Source: Takakia lepidozioides (lineage: Eukaryota > Plantae > Bryophyta). From it: 64,000 nucleotides of DNA. A model generated the notes under the pieces. It worked only from the letters and a program-made list of their open reading frames with translations, ran no database searches and was not told the DNA's origin. Made by a program: the position numbers and the translations under genes. Within the stretch, counting starts at the first letter, position 1; each line of letters opens with the position of its first letter. The DNA lies in contig CM060734.1 of NCBI GenBank assembly GCA_030704615.1, positions 40,610,001 through 40,674,000 on the forward strand, in the 5' to 3' direction. Of the stretch, positions 12,893 through 26,598 are shown in pieces.

Positions 12893-13135
12893 ACTGACAA
12901 GGCCCAAACTCTCCCTCATAGAATCCGTCCTAAAACCATAGGTCCAATACTCCTTTCATGCGGCTCCCTTCTCCCTCCCTGACATCATCCAAATCGACAA
13001 ACAAATTATCCAACTCACTATGCGCATTTGTGGATTCCCAACTAGCACTCCTAATACTTTCACTCAACTCCCCACGGATAGTTTCGGCATCGGTACTAGT
13101 CCCTTAATAATATCATACCCGCGCACTCTTGGGCA
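12893..13135 (+). mobile_element. Non-LTR retrotransposon fragment (RT thumb region; RandI/Dualen-like is tentative)
   Basis: Reads KLSLIESVLKP*VQYSFHAAPFSLPDIIQIDKQIIQLTMRICGFPTSTPNTFTQLPTDSFGIG; C-rich + strand, like the fragment at 30.6-32.1 kb. Confidence 0.55.
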
Positions 13136-13136
13136 T

Positions 13137-16100
13137 AACCATTTATTCAAAATGTCCATACCTAGTGCGGAAAACGGTCTTATATACATCTTCATTAGCG
13201 ACTCGAATTTGGTTGTATCCACTCTTTAGATCAAGTTTCGTAAAGTATTTTGCTCCTCGCACTTGGTCAAATAGATCGAATTTGGTTGTATCCACTCCTT
13301 AGATCAAGCTTCATAAAATATTTTGCTCCTCGCACTTGGTCAAATAGATCGTCCATGCATGGTAACGGGTACTTGTTCTTCACTGTTTGCTGGTTGAATG
13401 TTCGATAATCAATGCACATGCGCATTGCTCCATCTTTTTTCTTCACAAACAACACCGGCGCTCCATACGGGGATACACTTGGTCTTATAAAGCCTTTTGA
13501 TAGTAGGTCCTCGATTTGAGCCTTACATTCTTCCAACTCGTTTAGTGCTAATCGATAAGGGACTTTACAAGAAGGAGTACTACTTGGAACAACCTCAATC
13601 TTATGATCTACTCTTCTCTTTGGCGGAAGCCGTGCTGGTAGGTCATCTGGAAAGACGTCTTTGAAATCTTTCAATACACTCTGTAATTCTATAGGGACCT
13701 CACTCATGTTTTCTTTCGGATTTTCCACGTCTCTTATTAAACCTACAAATAATAAGTCTTTCTTACATATAGCTGTAGTACCTAAAACAAATGATGGTAG
13801 GTTTCGATATGGTGTCCTCACTCGATCTCTCCATATTTTCCAATTTTGGATTTTGACTATCTTTCTACGCCAATCAACATCAGGGTTGTGAGATTCCATC
13901 CAAGACATGCCTAATATTACGTCATATCGAGCCAATCTGACCACTCGTCATTCTAAAGTTTCTCTATATTTACCAATCGACAACTCTATGTTTTTAGGTA
14001 GTGTCTCAATGGCATCTGTATGTCCATTTGACATTTCTACTTCATCTCTTTCATCATTTTCTAAGGGGAGTCATAGTTTCAAGGCAGCCATTCTAGATAA
14101 GAAGTTTTTTGTTGCCCCAGGGTCTATTAACACTCTCACATGAATATCTTCCAAGGTTCCATCTGCCACAATTAACTGCGTCTCTTTCTTGCCCGCATGA
14201 TTGATTTGTCTCTTCTCCTTGTAGGACCCCTCGCATCTCCTCTTCTTTGTAGAACCAGTAAGACCGCGAGGTCTACTTACTGGTTGTCCTCGTTTTCCTG
14301 CTCATTGTGATGTTCGTTATCTTCTCATCTCCTTAAACTGTTAAGAGGTTTTCGATAAGTTCATCGATTGTACCTTCCACTTCGGCAGTTGGCTGCAAGA
14401 TGTCCGTATTTTCCACAGTTGTAACATTGTCGAGTTTCTCTTTGTCCTTCTGTTCGTGAGAATGTTGAGGAGGTCACATCCTTGTCATTCAATTTCATTC
14501 GCCGCTGTATGTTATCTTCCTCATATCTGATTCCCGACCTATTTCTTTGAGAGTATTGGAAGTTATCCCGTCTTCGAAGATTTCCAAGCTCCATAGGCGT
14601 TGGTCCGTATTGGTTCAATGGAACGTGTATACCTTCGTCGTATTTTGGTAGCGTCCCTTCAATCTTTTGGGCCAATGAAATTGCATCGTTGACATCAACC
14701 GGGTTGCTTAAAATTACCTTTCCTTGAATTTTCTTCTTCAATCCTCTTTTGAAGTTGTCTAAAGCTTCTGCAGGACTCATGTCTTCGATTTGGACCTGAA
14801 GATTCAAAAATCAATGTAAATTTGCACACTCCCGCGTTGTCCTAAGTTCCATAATTTCATTCGAGCAGTTGTAACGCATCTACTGCCTTGAATTGTTGGA
14901 GCAGTCCCGCTTTCAAGGTGCTCTGTAGTAAAAGTTCTCCTTTTGCAATCTGTTTTCTCTCCCATATCTGTAACCATGTTGAAGCATTGTCGAGTAGAGA
15001 AGATCGTATAAACATTCTATGGTCCAAATCACGTGATGTAGGAAAATATGACAGATGTACCTCCATTCGATAAATCCATATTTTTAGCACTCCCATTGCG
15101 CGACTTCTTTTATACGGCTCGACTTTGCATGTCTTGGTCATCTTTTGTAGTAACGTATCCGACCCATCAGCAACCAGTCCCGGGGCGGTTGATTGTCTCA
15201 CTTGTTTAAGCTCCTCTATCAACACGTTGTTTTGTTGTTGGGTCGTGACAAGAGCATTCTACAATTCGTGTAAGCGCTCCATTATCCACACCGTCTGAAC
15301 ATTGGCTTGATGAGTAGTGTGTGCGTTGTCCACCATTTCTTCATTGTTTGTCATCTTGCTCCACTACTCCTTCCTTCGTGATGTTTGTCTTCTAAAATTA
15401 ATGTATTCTATCTTTATTCTCTTATCCTAATACAGTATGTAAATAGTACAATCCCAAACCATCCCGTACGTGACTATTGTAATACAAAAGGGACGTTTGA
15501 ACTCATGACAAGGTTCATGAATTCTACCCCAAATTCTGCAACTAAAAATCTCACAAGATAATGTTTGTCGATGGCGCGCACATTGACACTAAATACATTT
15601 GGCGGTGGAAAATTAGGCGGAAAATGTTTACCTCGATCCATGAGCTATGTATATACACATATGTATACCTTCCAATTTCTAATTATAGGAAAGACAACAG
15701 GTCGTGGGTTTTGTAACACTTCTTGATATTGTTCCTCTCCAAATCTCTGTACTATCATATCTCTAAATTCTGCTTTACGACGACATATAATTTTAAACTC
15801 ACACTCCGAAGGAAAATCACGGAAAGGGGGTTGATTTAAGTCCATAAGATTTTTATACTATCGTTATGGCGCACCATCACTACTATCTATTCAACACTTA
15901 AAAATATTAATAACAAAAATCTCCAAGGAAAAAAAACATCTTAATCGAATCCTCCTAAAGAAGGTATTCACTCCCAACTTTAAGGAAGACTAGGCTCTGA
16001 TACCATTGTAACACCCAGAATCTACACAAACTAGAATAGAAGTACTTCTCAACTTTTTCCCAAAACAACTCGATGCCACTAGGCTTTCATTGCAGGTTTA

Positions 16101-16435
16101 TATACCCTTCACAATATGATTATTTTAAAGGTTTGACTTGAGAGCCTCAAGTCAAAGCTTCCTAAAGTCAACCTTCCTAGGTTTGACATATTCTCCACAA
16201 TACGACTTTATCAAAGATACTTGCTAAAGTCAACCTTCATAGGTTTGACATATTTTCTACAATATGACTTTATCAAACCTACTCTCCATAATATAAATAT
16301 CTTAGAGGTTTGACTTGAGAGCCTCAAGTCAAACTTCCTTAAGTCAAACTTCTTAGGATCATTCCTAGTTATTCTGGAAACTTCTAGGAAACTTTCCTCC
16401 TCTATCTAGAACCTTCTAGATTCTACCTTGTTACA
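13137..16435 (-). mobile_element. 3'-truncated second copy of the same Gypsy family (LTR, PBS, extra ORF, gag, PR, partial RT)
   Basis: Reverse complement of about 5386-8600; LTR at 16007-16435; PBS at 15993-16005; breaks off inside RT. Confidence 0.95.
16007..16435 (-). repeat. 5' LTR of Gypsy element 2
   Basis: Reverse complement of 5386-5822 with a small deletion. Confidence 0.95.
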
Positions 16436-19400
16436 CCTTACGGCCGTAAACCCGCGCCTAGTTTGGGCGGAATAAAGAGATAAAGCTATTATTGTCATGT
16501 GAAGACATGATTTGACTGATCCATTCGAAGAAATTTAATGACATCGTCTGCCTAGAAAAGTTTCCATTGTACTAGAGTCTAGTTTTTATCTCAGCTTACC
16601 TCTAGTCCATGTGGGTGGGAAGTAAAAACCTTAATTTTAGTTTCAATCGCCAAAGAGTTTAGTTCCACCTAAGAGTCAAGCACTTGATAGACTAATACTA
16701 TGAAACCAGATACTATCTAATGCAGAGCTATAGCCACTAAGTAAATGTATTCATTGGCTACGATAAGGACATGATAGCTTGGAGCATTACAACCAGCGTA
16801 CTGAAGAGTATCATTCATGACTTTTCATACTGAAGGATATATAGAGAACACCTGTGACTTATGGAAGTTGCAAGGAAAGACATGCTCTTAAGAGCCACCA
16901 ATTCAAGGCTTTAACAGAAATCAGATTGTTGTCGTGGCAGTTTCTAGAAACCCTCGGAATTCAAATAGGTCTCAGGTATGTACAAGGAAGGTCCTACAAT
17001 CACTCGATCTTTAGATCGAGATTGCTAATTTATAGGGATGTGTGTGATCGAGTCCAAAGTTTTTCAATATTTAGTCTCCACGACACATAGTTTCGTTGAA
17101 ATCTCGAATGACCCATTGACTGAACTTGGTTCAAGCTCATATTTGGTCCACATGTGCTTAAGTATGTTCAAGTCACATATGCAAAGTTGCAAATGACAAG
17201 CATCAAGAAGAAATATTCACCCCGACGTCGTAGGCCCTGCATGAAGTTGAAGAAAACTCAAAAACTCTGTCTTTTGAGCAGTTATGAGCTTTGAGAGAGC
17301 AACTCAAATAGGAGTATGAACACAGACTCTTATCCATGGAGCAAAATAGGCTTTAATATTGAGACCAGTGCAAAGCTCCAGCGATCTTTGAAAGACTCTA
17401 ATTCTGCCTTATAATATAAGAAAAAGAACCTCATTAAGACAGCACTTGAACATATGGAGATGAAGTCTTGAGCACCTGAATTAGTAACTAAAATATTACC
17501 TTAGTGTTAAGATTTGAGCACTAGTCTAGTATTTAGGAGTATTATTGGGGGCGCCATAGGGCAGGGGTTCAAACTCTCCATCCCGCACTCCCCCCTGTAG
17601 TTAGTTTCAATTTGATTAAAAGTGTTAATTGATTAAGTTTCTAATGTTGGTTTGTTTGGTTGTCCACCATTCACTAAAATAATTAATTGGTTTTTAATAA
17701 TTAAAAATATCAAATATATCTATTAAAAAAAGTAAAAGTTTTTTACATATATATATTTAAAAATAAAATAAATTTAAATTTGGTATTAATTGTAATAAAT
17801 TCTTAAGAAAACTAGGAAAAAATGTTGTTTACCTAACATAGTATCTAAAATATAACATCTTTTTTTTAATAAATAATAATAATAACTCGTTGTATACCGA
17901 GAGTAATATTCAATCAATTTAGAGTTGAAGATTCTAAGTGAGCCTTCCCAATACTATGACCATTATAACTTTCGCATAAATTATATCTAGAGCACGATAT
18001 TCTTAATATGTGACTAAATTATTTTCTAACCGTTGGATACAAATTTATAAACGTCAAACGTATAAAGATATATAATATTGAAAATTTATAAACCCACAAT
18101 AGCAACACTCTAGAGTTAGGCGGCGCCTTCAAGACCTAACCTAGTTTGTGTAACCCCGAACCTAAGTTAAGTATGTAATTGTTTCAGGAGGAAAGATCTG
18201 TTGTCACTCTCGAGGGCAGAGTTGTGAGGGGTTTCTTGGGGTCATCAGCAAGAGTTCTCATTCTCCGAGGCAGCGGAATCCACATTATATGAATGGTAGT
18301 GCATGTCGAGCATCCCACACGCATACTTTGGTTTTGCTACACACTTATAGTCTTTCGTCTGCTCTTTCTTTCCTTGTGCTGCAGACTTTTGTTCTTTCTT
18401 CTATTCTTGAGTAATTATTTTTCCTTGTGCTCTTCCTTTCCTTGTGCTAGGCTTTTGCTCTTTCATCTGCTCTAGAGTAATTACTTTTCCCTGAGTTTTT
18501 TTTTTTTTGTGCAGCATGTTTTTTCTTTTTCTTTTGCTCTTAAGTAGTTTCTTTTCCTTGTGCTCATTGACATTCTATTACACATAGAATTATTAGATTC
18601 CTTCCGCCATCCCAATCTGAAAATGGGCTATCAGGCCCTTGTGAGCTCAATCATCGAGAAATGTCATATTGTCTGTTACGCGTTGCCTTGCAACAACACA
18701 AGAGTTAATGTTCTGAGCTATATTCAAAGCTATGAAGGGCATGACAAGGTTTGGACATATATAAATGAGACAAAGGCGTTCGAATAATGGTTGTTGAAAT
18801 AAAGAGCTGCAGCACGTCTACACGATGGACGAGGAGCAAAAATAATACTAAATGCAGGGTTAGTCTCGGCTAATCTTGAGCCTACAAGAAAGTTGGAGAA
18901 CTTGATTGTGTAATTGAAAGAGGCAGACAAGGAAATTAGGGAGAAGTCAAGGCTTTACTTGCAAGAAAAGACGGAGGTTGAGGACCAAAGGCAGACCATC
19001 ACCTTCATAAAAACACTATTAGTCATCACGAAGAGAGTTTGAAGAAACTGAGGGTCAACCAACAAGATAAGGAGCAAAAAATTCTGCAGGTCCACGAGAC
19101 TGTCGTCACTCTTCAGAACACAGTGGGTGAAGATGAGCAACCCCAAAAGGAGGCTAACAATATGATGGTTGTCTGTGGAGCTCTAATGATACAGTATTAG
19201 CAAAGAATGCTGAAGATGCAGAAGCAAATCAAACAATGGAAGCTCCGGAATAAGCAGACTAATAAGTGTATGCTAACCCATATGTTTCATGGTTTTTTTT
19301 TTTTCTTATAACTTGTTTATTGACTTTCAGAAAAGAGATATGGATACTAAGGGTGTTGCACACACTACACCCATATGTTTGAGGCTTATTTTTTAAAAAA

Positions 19401-20414
19401 TATATATAATTTTTCTCTTTATGAAATTTTCATAATCAAATTTATTTGCAATGCAATAATCATATAATTTATTATATTAAACTCTACGATGAGCATCCAC
19501 CGTAAGGGTGGAGGATATTGCATACACAACTATCTTTTTAATATTTTAATATTTTAAAATAACTATTTATAAGATTACATGTTGACTAAGGGAGAGACAC
19601 GTGTTGCGTACGTAACCGCATTTTCAGGGTTTAGGTTTAAGTTTTGAATATTCACGAAATGTAAGATATTTCGTCATATTCACTAGGGTATTGAGTACGC
19701 TACACCCTCATCTTCTCCTTCAACATGAGAAAAGAAGTTGATATGAAGATATCGAAGTCAAAGACTCATACATTCGGTGTTACAGTGATGACCCCTAATA
19801 CACAAGCAGAAATTGGGAGGGAGTATTTGGGACGCACCTCCCATTGGTTGATCCATTGTATGAGGTTGAAGATGGATTGTTTTTATACAAATGATCAACC
19901 ACGTTTTTGTAAGGTATAATAAATGAAAATATATAAAATAAAAGATGGTTGAAATTCAAGGGTGCATTATGATCTACTTTTAATGGATGTTTATCAAATT
20001 AATTTTTATAAATATATTTTTATAATATATGTACGTATGATATTGTAATTATGTAGATGAACGTTTGATGTATAGATGAAAGGCTCTTGAATATTGAAAG
20101 ACTTGAAATTTACAATGTAAGCATTATATTTGTTTGGCTGTTGTTATTACCGTCACCTTTAACCTTTCTTATACCAAGTGTTTTGTTGCACTTGTTTTAT
20201 GATTAGTTACCTTCCAAATGGGGATGGTATATGAGTTCCCATTATATTAGGAAAAGAATTTGGGGCATTGTACATTTATTTATTCCATGATGCATTTTTT
20301 TTCTTGTTTGTTTAATTTCTTTTTTAATTTAGAATCTTTTGTGTGGATGCACTTCTCCAATGAAGAGATTTGAGCGTTGGGGGACGTGTTGGAGGACTGT
20401 GAGGACTCCATGGC

Positions 20415-21245
20415 TTAGCTACGATCGTTGAAATTTGACGGTCGTGGGTACATTTTTTTAAAAGATTATATGTGACTCTCAAATATTGGCGAATACTTCA
20501 TTTTTTTTAATAATCTGCGACCTTCGGGTTTTTTTTAAAAGAAAAATTGTGGCGATCACCAAATATTTTTATTAGCTTTCTTTAAAAAAAATTGATGCAA
20601 CCGTCAATTGTGGAGGTCGCACCCCAAAAAACAATTAACGATCGTATCGTATTAATTTTATAAAATATTAAAATGATTTTATTTTGTTTGTTTTTTAAAC
20701 AATTAATTGATGTGACAGTCAATTGTGGAGGTCACACCTATTTTAGTGATCATGTCAATTCTTTAAAAAAAACTTAATTCAAAAATTGGTGCAACTGCAA
20801 ATTTTAGCAGTTGCACATTTCTTTTCTTCTCAATAGGTGCGACCGCAATTTTCTGGAAATTGATGCAACTGCATAAACTCAACGGTCGCATCTATTAGAA
20901 AAACAAAAAATTACGTGTGATCGCCACCAATATTGGTGTTCGTAGTAAATAATAATAAAAATAAATATTTGCGACCTCTAAAACTTGGCAGTCGCATATA
21001 ATTTTTAAAAACATATGTACAACCTTTAATATTTTGCAGTCTGTATGGTTTTTTAAGAACAATTCAAGGTCCGACCGCCAGAATTAGTGATCGTATCAAT
21101 TATTTTATTTTACGAAAAAAAAATTAAAAAAATTAGTGCGACTGGTTTTAATTTTTTATCATGTACGATTGTCAATTATTGATAGTCGTAGTTATATGTT
21201 TAATTGTTAATTAACTGCAACAACCAATATTGGCAATCGTTGTTA
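20415..21245. repeat. Array of about 15 degenerate ~29-bp palindromes (approx. GTGCGACCGCCAA-N3-TTGGCGGTCGCAC) with AT-rich spacers
   Basis: Copies near 20417, 20470, 20548, 20594, 20709, 20788, 20861, 20915, 20969, 21016, 21069, 21162 and 21214, plus half copies. Confidence 0.7.
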
Positions 21246-21417
21246 CTATCAACGGTATGCCAACATGGCTGCTGATGTGACGTTTTTTTGTTTTACTCCC
21301 CATATATATTTATTATTTATCCCAGCAAAATAAACGTGACATATGTCAGTATTTACCAGTAAATTCAGACGTGTCATCTTGCCAAGCGGATGAATGAAAT
21401 TTTGGCAGCAGAGACAA

Positions 21418-21495
21418 CCAGCATGTAGCCCAATGGTAATGTGCACATACCACGTTGGATGTGGTTGTGGGTTCAAACCACCGCCTGGTGTGTTA
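21418..21495 (+). mobile_element. tRNA-derived SINE head (Pol III A and B boxes)
   Basis: TAGCCCAATGG ... GGTTCAAACC at tRNA-like spacing; no clean cloverleaf. Confidence 0.45.
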
Positions 21496-21614
21496 TGAAG
21501 GTGTTCACCTTTCAACTGGAAGGCAGTAGCCCTTGTATTGAAGAGACACCATAATTTACGCTTCCTTCGAGAGGCGGCTATATTTATTTTGACAACGCAT
21601 GAAATATCATGTCA

Positions 21615-21775
21615 CTGGATGAAAAATCACGGTGGTGGATGAAATTGCGCTAGTGGATGATTTATTGCACCAATGGAGGAAAATTGTGTCAATTATCACG
21701 CATATGGATGAAAAATTACGTTCTTAGATGAAATTGGTTAACGACGGATGAAAAATCAACTGTATGTGGATATTT
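21615..21775 (+). repeat. GGATGAAA short-motif repeat cluster
   Basis: About 7 copies of GGATGAAA(AA)T; similar clusters occur in the CACTA subterminal region at 47930-48140. Confidence 0.55.
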
Positions 21776-22819
21776 TTTGGTCCTTTAGAACCTGTTTGAG
21801 GGACTATTTGAGGTCAAACTTCAGAAGCTCGTGGGGACAAGTTGAGGGCTCTTGGAGAATTATTTGAGAAGTTTTTTAAAGGTAGTCATGTTTATTGCTT
21901 TGCAAGCAAGAATGTGTGTAAAGATAAAGGGAGCAATATGATGAGAGCATGTCGGAATTAATGTTTGCTATAACTTTCATTTTCCATAGTATTCTACCTT
22001 CTCTGTAGGTCAAAGTTTTTCCATAAGTGGAGGCAGAGTTAGTTTGGACATGGAGTTGGACATCTTGCAAGTTTTTGGAGCTGCGAAAAGGTAGATTGAT
22101 TTAAAGTGTGGGGAGTGTTGTTGCTTTCTTGTGTTTGGATCCTTGGATCATATACATGCTTCACTATGTGTCATGCTAGCTTGACTGTGCGTCATGCTCG
22201 TTTAAATTGGGAGCTTTGTCTTTTATAGATGGTTAGTCCAAAATATTTGAATATCGCCGGCCAACCCTAGATCGTGCTGTCGGTGGTGAGACTGGGGTGA
22301 TGACCAACAGACTTGGCATTGCTTCTCTTATGGCGAGGCTGGGTTGACGACCGACAGACGGCCATATGAGTGCTTGCGGTGGATGCATGTGTAGGTACAT
22401 GTTCATGTTAAGAACCTAGTATCTAAGCCATAAGCCGCAACAGGTTTCTATCAGAGTTGTGCGACAGACGGGTTTTGACCCCGGATCCGTATCATCACCA
22501 AATGCTCGGACTCGGACCCACCTGCTAGGTCTTGAACCTGTTAAACCCGATACCCGTGAGCTAGTATAGCGGGTCGGGTCCAGGTTTTAATTTCAATGAA
22601 CATATGTATATATATTTATTTATTTATTTATTTATTTGACATTTATCCCTGGAGACCTTGAGAGCAGCCTCTCTTTCCTCATAATTTAATCAGTTCATCG
22701 TTGTGTACTCCTCCTCCTTCTCTCTCTCTTTGCATTTGTATTCTGTTTGTTTAGGATGGGAGGTGTGGCATACAGCTAAGATATGGTTTGTTTTGCTGGA
22801 ATTGTGCAGAGCAATCAAG

Positions 22820-23400
22820 AGCTGGGAGGCTGCGACAACAGCCAACCCCTACCCTGCTGTTGAAGATATGCGAGCTCCCACGTCACATGCATGTTTTTTT
22901 TGTTTATGTCTTTTGCTTTCGTCTTTTTGTGGTGGTTGACTAAGGGGTGGGATGACAGACAGGTTGTGCATAGCAAGTGGGTGAGGAGTGAGGCCGTGGC
23001 AGCAGCCAGCCCCCACCACTCCTCCCCACCACGCCATGTGTTTTTTTGGGTATGTATTTTGCATTTGTGTTCTTTTGGTGGTTGGCTAAGAAATGGGATG
23101 ACTGGTAGATTTTTGTTTTGTGAGGAATTTTTTTTAATGATTGATTCCTAAATGATAGAATGGCTGGCGAGTGACAGCTTGCAGGTGGGATGACCACGAG
23201 GCTGTGGCTAGCATCCATTTAGGCCATCACCATCCCAGGTAGGCTTCCCATCCAGAATCCTGGTTCGATTCCATTTATGTTTTTTATTTTTTGGGTAATG
23301 AAGACGAGCATGAGGGCTGTCAGATTGCGCATAGCAAATAAAGCAAGCAAGAGGCTGTGGACAATATGTAGCCGCAATCACCATCTCAAGTAGCCTGGCT
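22820..23400 (+). repeat. Degenerate tandem repeat, ~145-bp unit
   Basis: CATGT-T-rich-GGTGGTTG(A/G)CTAAG...GGGATGAC recurs at about 22890 and 23035; TTG(T/C)GCATAGCAA recurs at about 22964 and 23325. Confidence 0.45.
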
Positions 23401-24039
23401 TAGGCTTGACTGCATCATCGAGTTTTTTTTTTTTTTTTTTAAGTGATTGATCTCTAAGGGGGTCTGGGTAGTTGTGTGCTCTTGATGGGAGTGAGTAGGG
23501 AGCCCACCACTTGAAGCACCAGTCATCGAAAGTAGGCCCCGACCCCACACTCGGGTTTTTTTCTTTTTTGGATTTTTTTTCACTAGGATTAATCTCTATT
23601 TGTTTGTTGCATTCCCATTTTCCTATCTCATTCTCTAAACCTTTCTTTGACATCTTATGAGTACATTATCTAAACCTTTCCTTAATTATTTCCTCAAACT
23701 GTCTCTTTTCCTTTCCCTCTTCATTGCTTCTTAGTTGGTTTTATTATTATTGTTGTTGTTTTATTTTATTGTTTTGTTATCTAAACGGTGGGCAGATTAG
23801 TTGGAGCGTAACAGACTATAAACTTTCGATATAAACAAGTGTCTTTCTTGCTACAGTAGCCATTCCACATCGAGAAGTTGCAGGTACGTCCCCACATTTA
23901 TTTTATTTTTTTATTATCATTTTTGGATTTGTGATTGGTTGGTTTTATTCCATTACTTGCTTTGTCGTTTCTCCTCTCATTTCTCCTCTATATCCTCTTT
24001 CTTCTTGTTGTATATTTTTTTATTTAACGGGCAGACATA

Positions 24040-24450
24040 ATCAACCAACAAGATATTGAGAGCTATGTTGGTCAAGCTCGTACCGACTGGGACGTAGCGT
24101 TACCTACGACCTTGTGGGCTTACCGAACGTCATATGAAATCGCCACGAAGAACTCGCCTTTTCAACTGGTCTACGGACTTCAGCTACTGCTGCCGGCCGA
24201 ATTCGTCATGCCTACCTACAGATCAGGGAATACGAGGGACTACAGCAAGGTAGTGACCCTACGAGCCCGGGTAGACAATATGTTAAGGTTGGAGGAGTTG
24301 GATAGGACGCAAAGCAAACGAATGAACGAGTCCAACTGGGATGACATGAGTGTAATACGAGGTGTAATAACTTCCCTGAGCACTGGCTCAAATCAATCCA
24401 GCAGGGGGACCTCGTTTTGTGGTACCCAAAGGAAGTCAAAATCTCGCCAG
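24040..24450 (+). pseudogene. Ty3/Gypsy integrase C-terminal fragment (different family from element 1)
   Basis: RTDWDVALPTTLWAYRTSYEIATKNSPFQLVYG. Confidence 0.8.
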
Positions 24451-26598
24451 GAAAATTCAACAACCAGAACAAGTTCGACGTTATCAATCTCCAGGAGGAG
24501 AATTGCAAATCGAAATCTGTCCTAACAAAAGCAAGATAGCCAACGAAGACGTAGGTGGCAACAAGAATAGATTTTTCAACAAGGACAAAACAATCTACAA
24601 TGAAATCGAAAGTAACAAAGTCGATCAGTGCTACGAGAAAAACGAATGGATGAAAAGGACAACCTGGATGGAAAGACTTTTATCCGAAAGGAATGACGGC
24701 GGTTATCATTTAACCAACACTACAGAACTGGAAGTACCACGATATGAAACGCAAAAGAAAAGAAAAAAATGTGAATGACAAAAAAAAAAACAATTGGAGC
24801 GGCGCTGAAGGACAACATTAATGAGAGCTTAACAGAGCGTGAAAAAAAATGGCGAGAGAGGACAACATAAAGGTTCATGAAACATATTCAAAATGACACA
24901 TTGCAGTCCATTCTTGAATAATAATTTAAAAAAAATAAAACATTGAACTCACTAGGTAATTCATGTGGGGCTGACCATGGTGGACATAGGGCCTGCCTAT
25001 TTTCACTTGAGAGAGAGACCTGAATGTAACAAAGAAAAAAAATCATAATTTTGTTTTCAAAATCGAGAACGAAAACAACGAATTAATACAGAGTTTGAAT
25101 TTCAGAAACCAACCAACTAACAACTAAGCCAAAAAAACAACCACATGTGGTTCTGTTTGTTGCAGGTCTATCATTGATAAGCTAGCCAACAAACCTTGAT
25201 ATCGTTCATCAACCTTGCACAAATAGCCAAATCAGCGCTAGAAGGTAGTTGAGTAAACCAAATGGTCTTATGATGTGCATGATGCAACGATCAATGGTTT
25301 TGATAATGTATATGTTTAATATAGTATAGAGATCACTAGAGACGAGAGACTAGATAATTATGCTTGTTATGGTACACTCTTGGTAGTTCTACCAAATTGA
25401 TGTAATGATTTGAAACCGTTGAAAATGGACCATGATCTATATTCAAATACTAATAAAACTCAATCATTATTACACATACATTGTATTTCATGAATGTAGC
25501 AATGATTGTGTTCGTGGTATGTGAATTGGAATAAAGAGAAGTGGTCAGATTGGTCAACAGTTGGGAATGTTAAATCATAAATGTGTTTATGTTATTGGCA
25601 TGTATATTTTGTAGGATTAAATTCACTTCATTATTAACTTACATGGAACCAGATTACTTTGATAAATTGAAAATAGATGTACGGGTGTTCGGAATCCTAA
25701 CACCGTCTCGGCAAGTGCGCACAATCATGACTCTGAAGCGCAATTGGGATTATCATGTTCGGAAATTCCAGCTGCACCAATTGGGATTCTTCCACAATAT
25801 CTATAGGAAAACAAGATGTGAATACAAATGTAATTTGCACCACCCTTCACACTTATTAGGAACTTGACTATTTTTCTTTTGGACTCAGCCCACCGGACTT
25901 ACTTATGTGACACTCTTTTCTCTCTTAACTGATCTTTTGATTACTGTCAACATGATATCAGAGCCTGGAGCAGTGTAACACAACTCCTGCAATACTACGG
26001 CAAGTCAGTTTCAAGATAGAGTTTTTTTTTGTAGCCGATGTGCAAATAAGTCTCTATTGTGTGAGTCGAATGTAGTAATGTCCTTCCACAGAGAGTTTTA
26101 GCCGATGTGCATAATAGTCTCCATTAAGCAAGTGTCTAGCTTCTGCGGTATGATCCTCCTCCGTTTTAGTAACTTATTGTTCATGCGCTGTCTCTGTCAT
26201 CCGTAACGAAACTTAAATTTAGATAATACTATTTGTAGTCATGGCAAATCTAGACAATACTATCTCTAGGCGAGCTTTCTCGCCCCCTGAACTACATTGA
26301 TGTTTGGAGCTTCAAGCTCGAGAACATTCTAATCAGGGATGAAGTATGATATCATGTCGAACATCTCTAACCGGTGATCAGAGGTCTAGCACCTCCACTC
26401 ATTGACTCTGTCAATGAACTTAGACAAAAGAACAAGGATAGGTCGATCATCAATCTCTCGCTCAAGGATGATATTGGTCTAGCATACCTGAGAGATCCTA
26501 GAAAAGTCTGGGACACTCACTTTCACAGTCACAGTCATAGTCACAGTCACTTTCTAGTACCATAATACCAATAATACTAGAGCACTGTATCTCCAGGA

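Noticed and set aside
18560-19260. Decayed coiled-coil-like reading frame
   Set aside because: Many stops and no identifiable family.
11468-21245. CRISPR arrays (the two palindrome-spacer arrays)
   Set aside because: Repeats are highly degenerate, spacers are irregular low-complexity AT, there are no cas genes, and the context is eukaryotic.
21418-21495. Functional tRNA gene (also 47260-47338 and the B box near 17566)
   Set aside because: A and B boxes are present but there is no convincing cloverleaf; SINE-like instead.
22450-22590. ACCCG/CGGGT-rich cluster resembling hAT/MITE subterminal repeats
   Set aside because: No paired TIR or TSD found.
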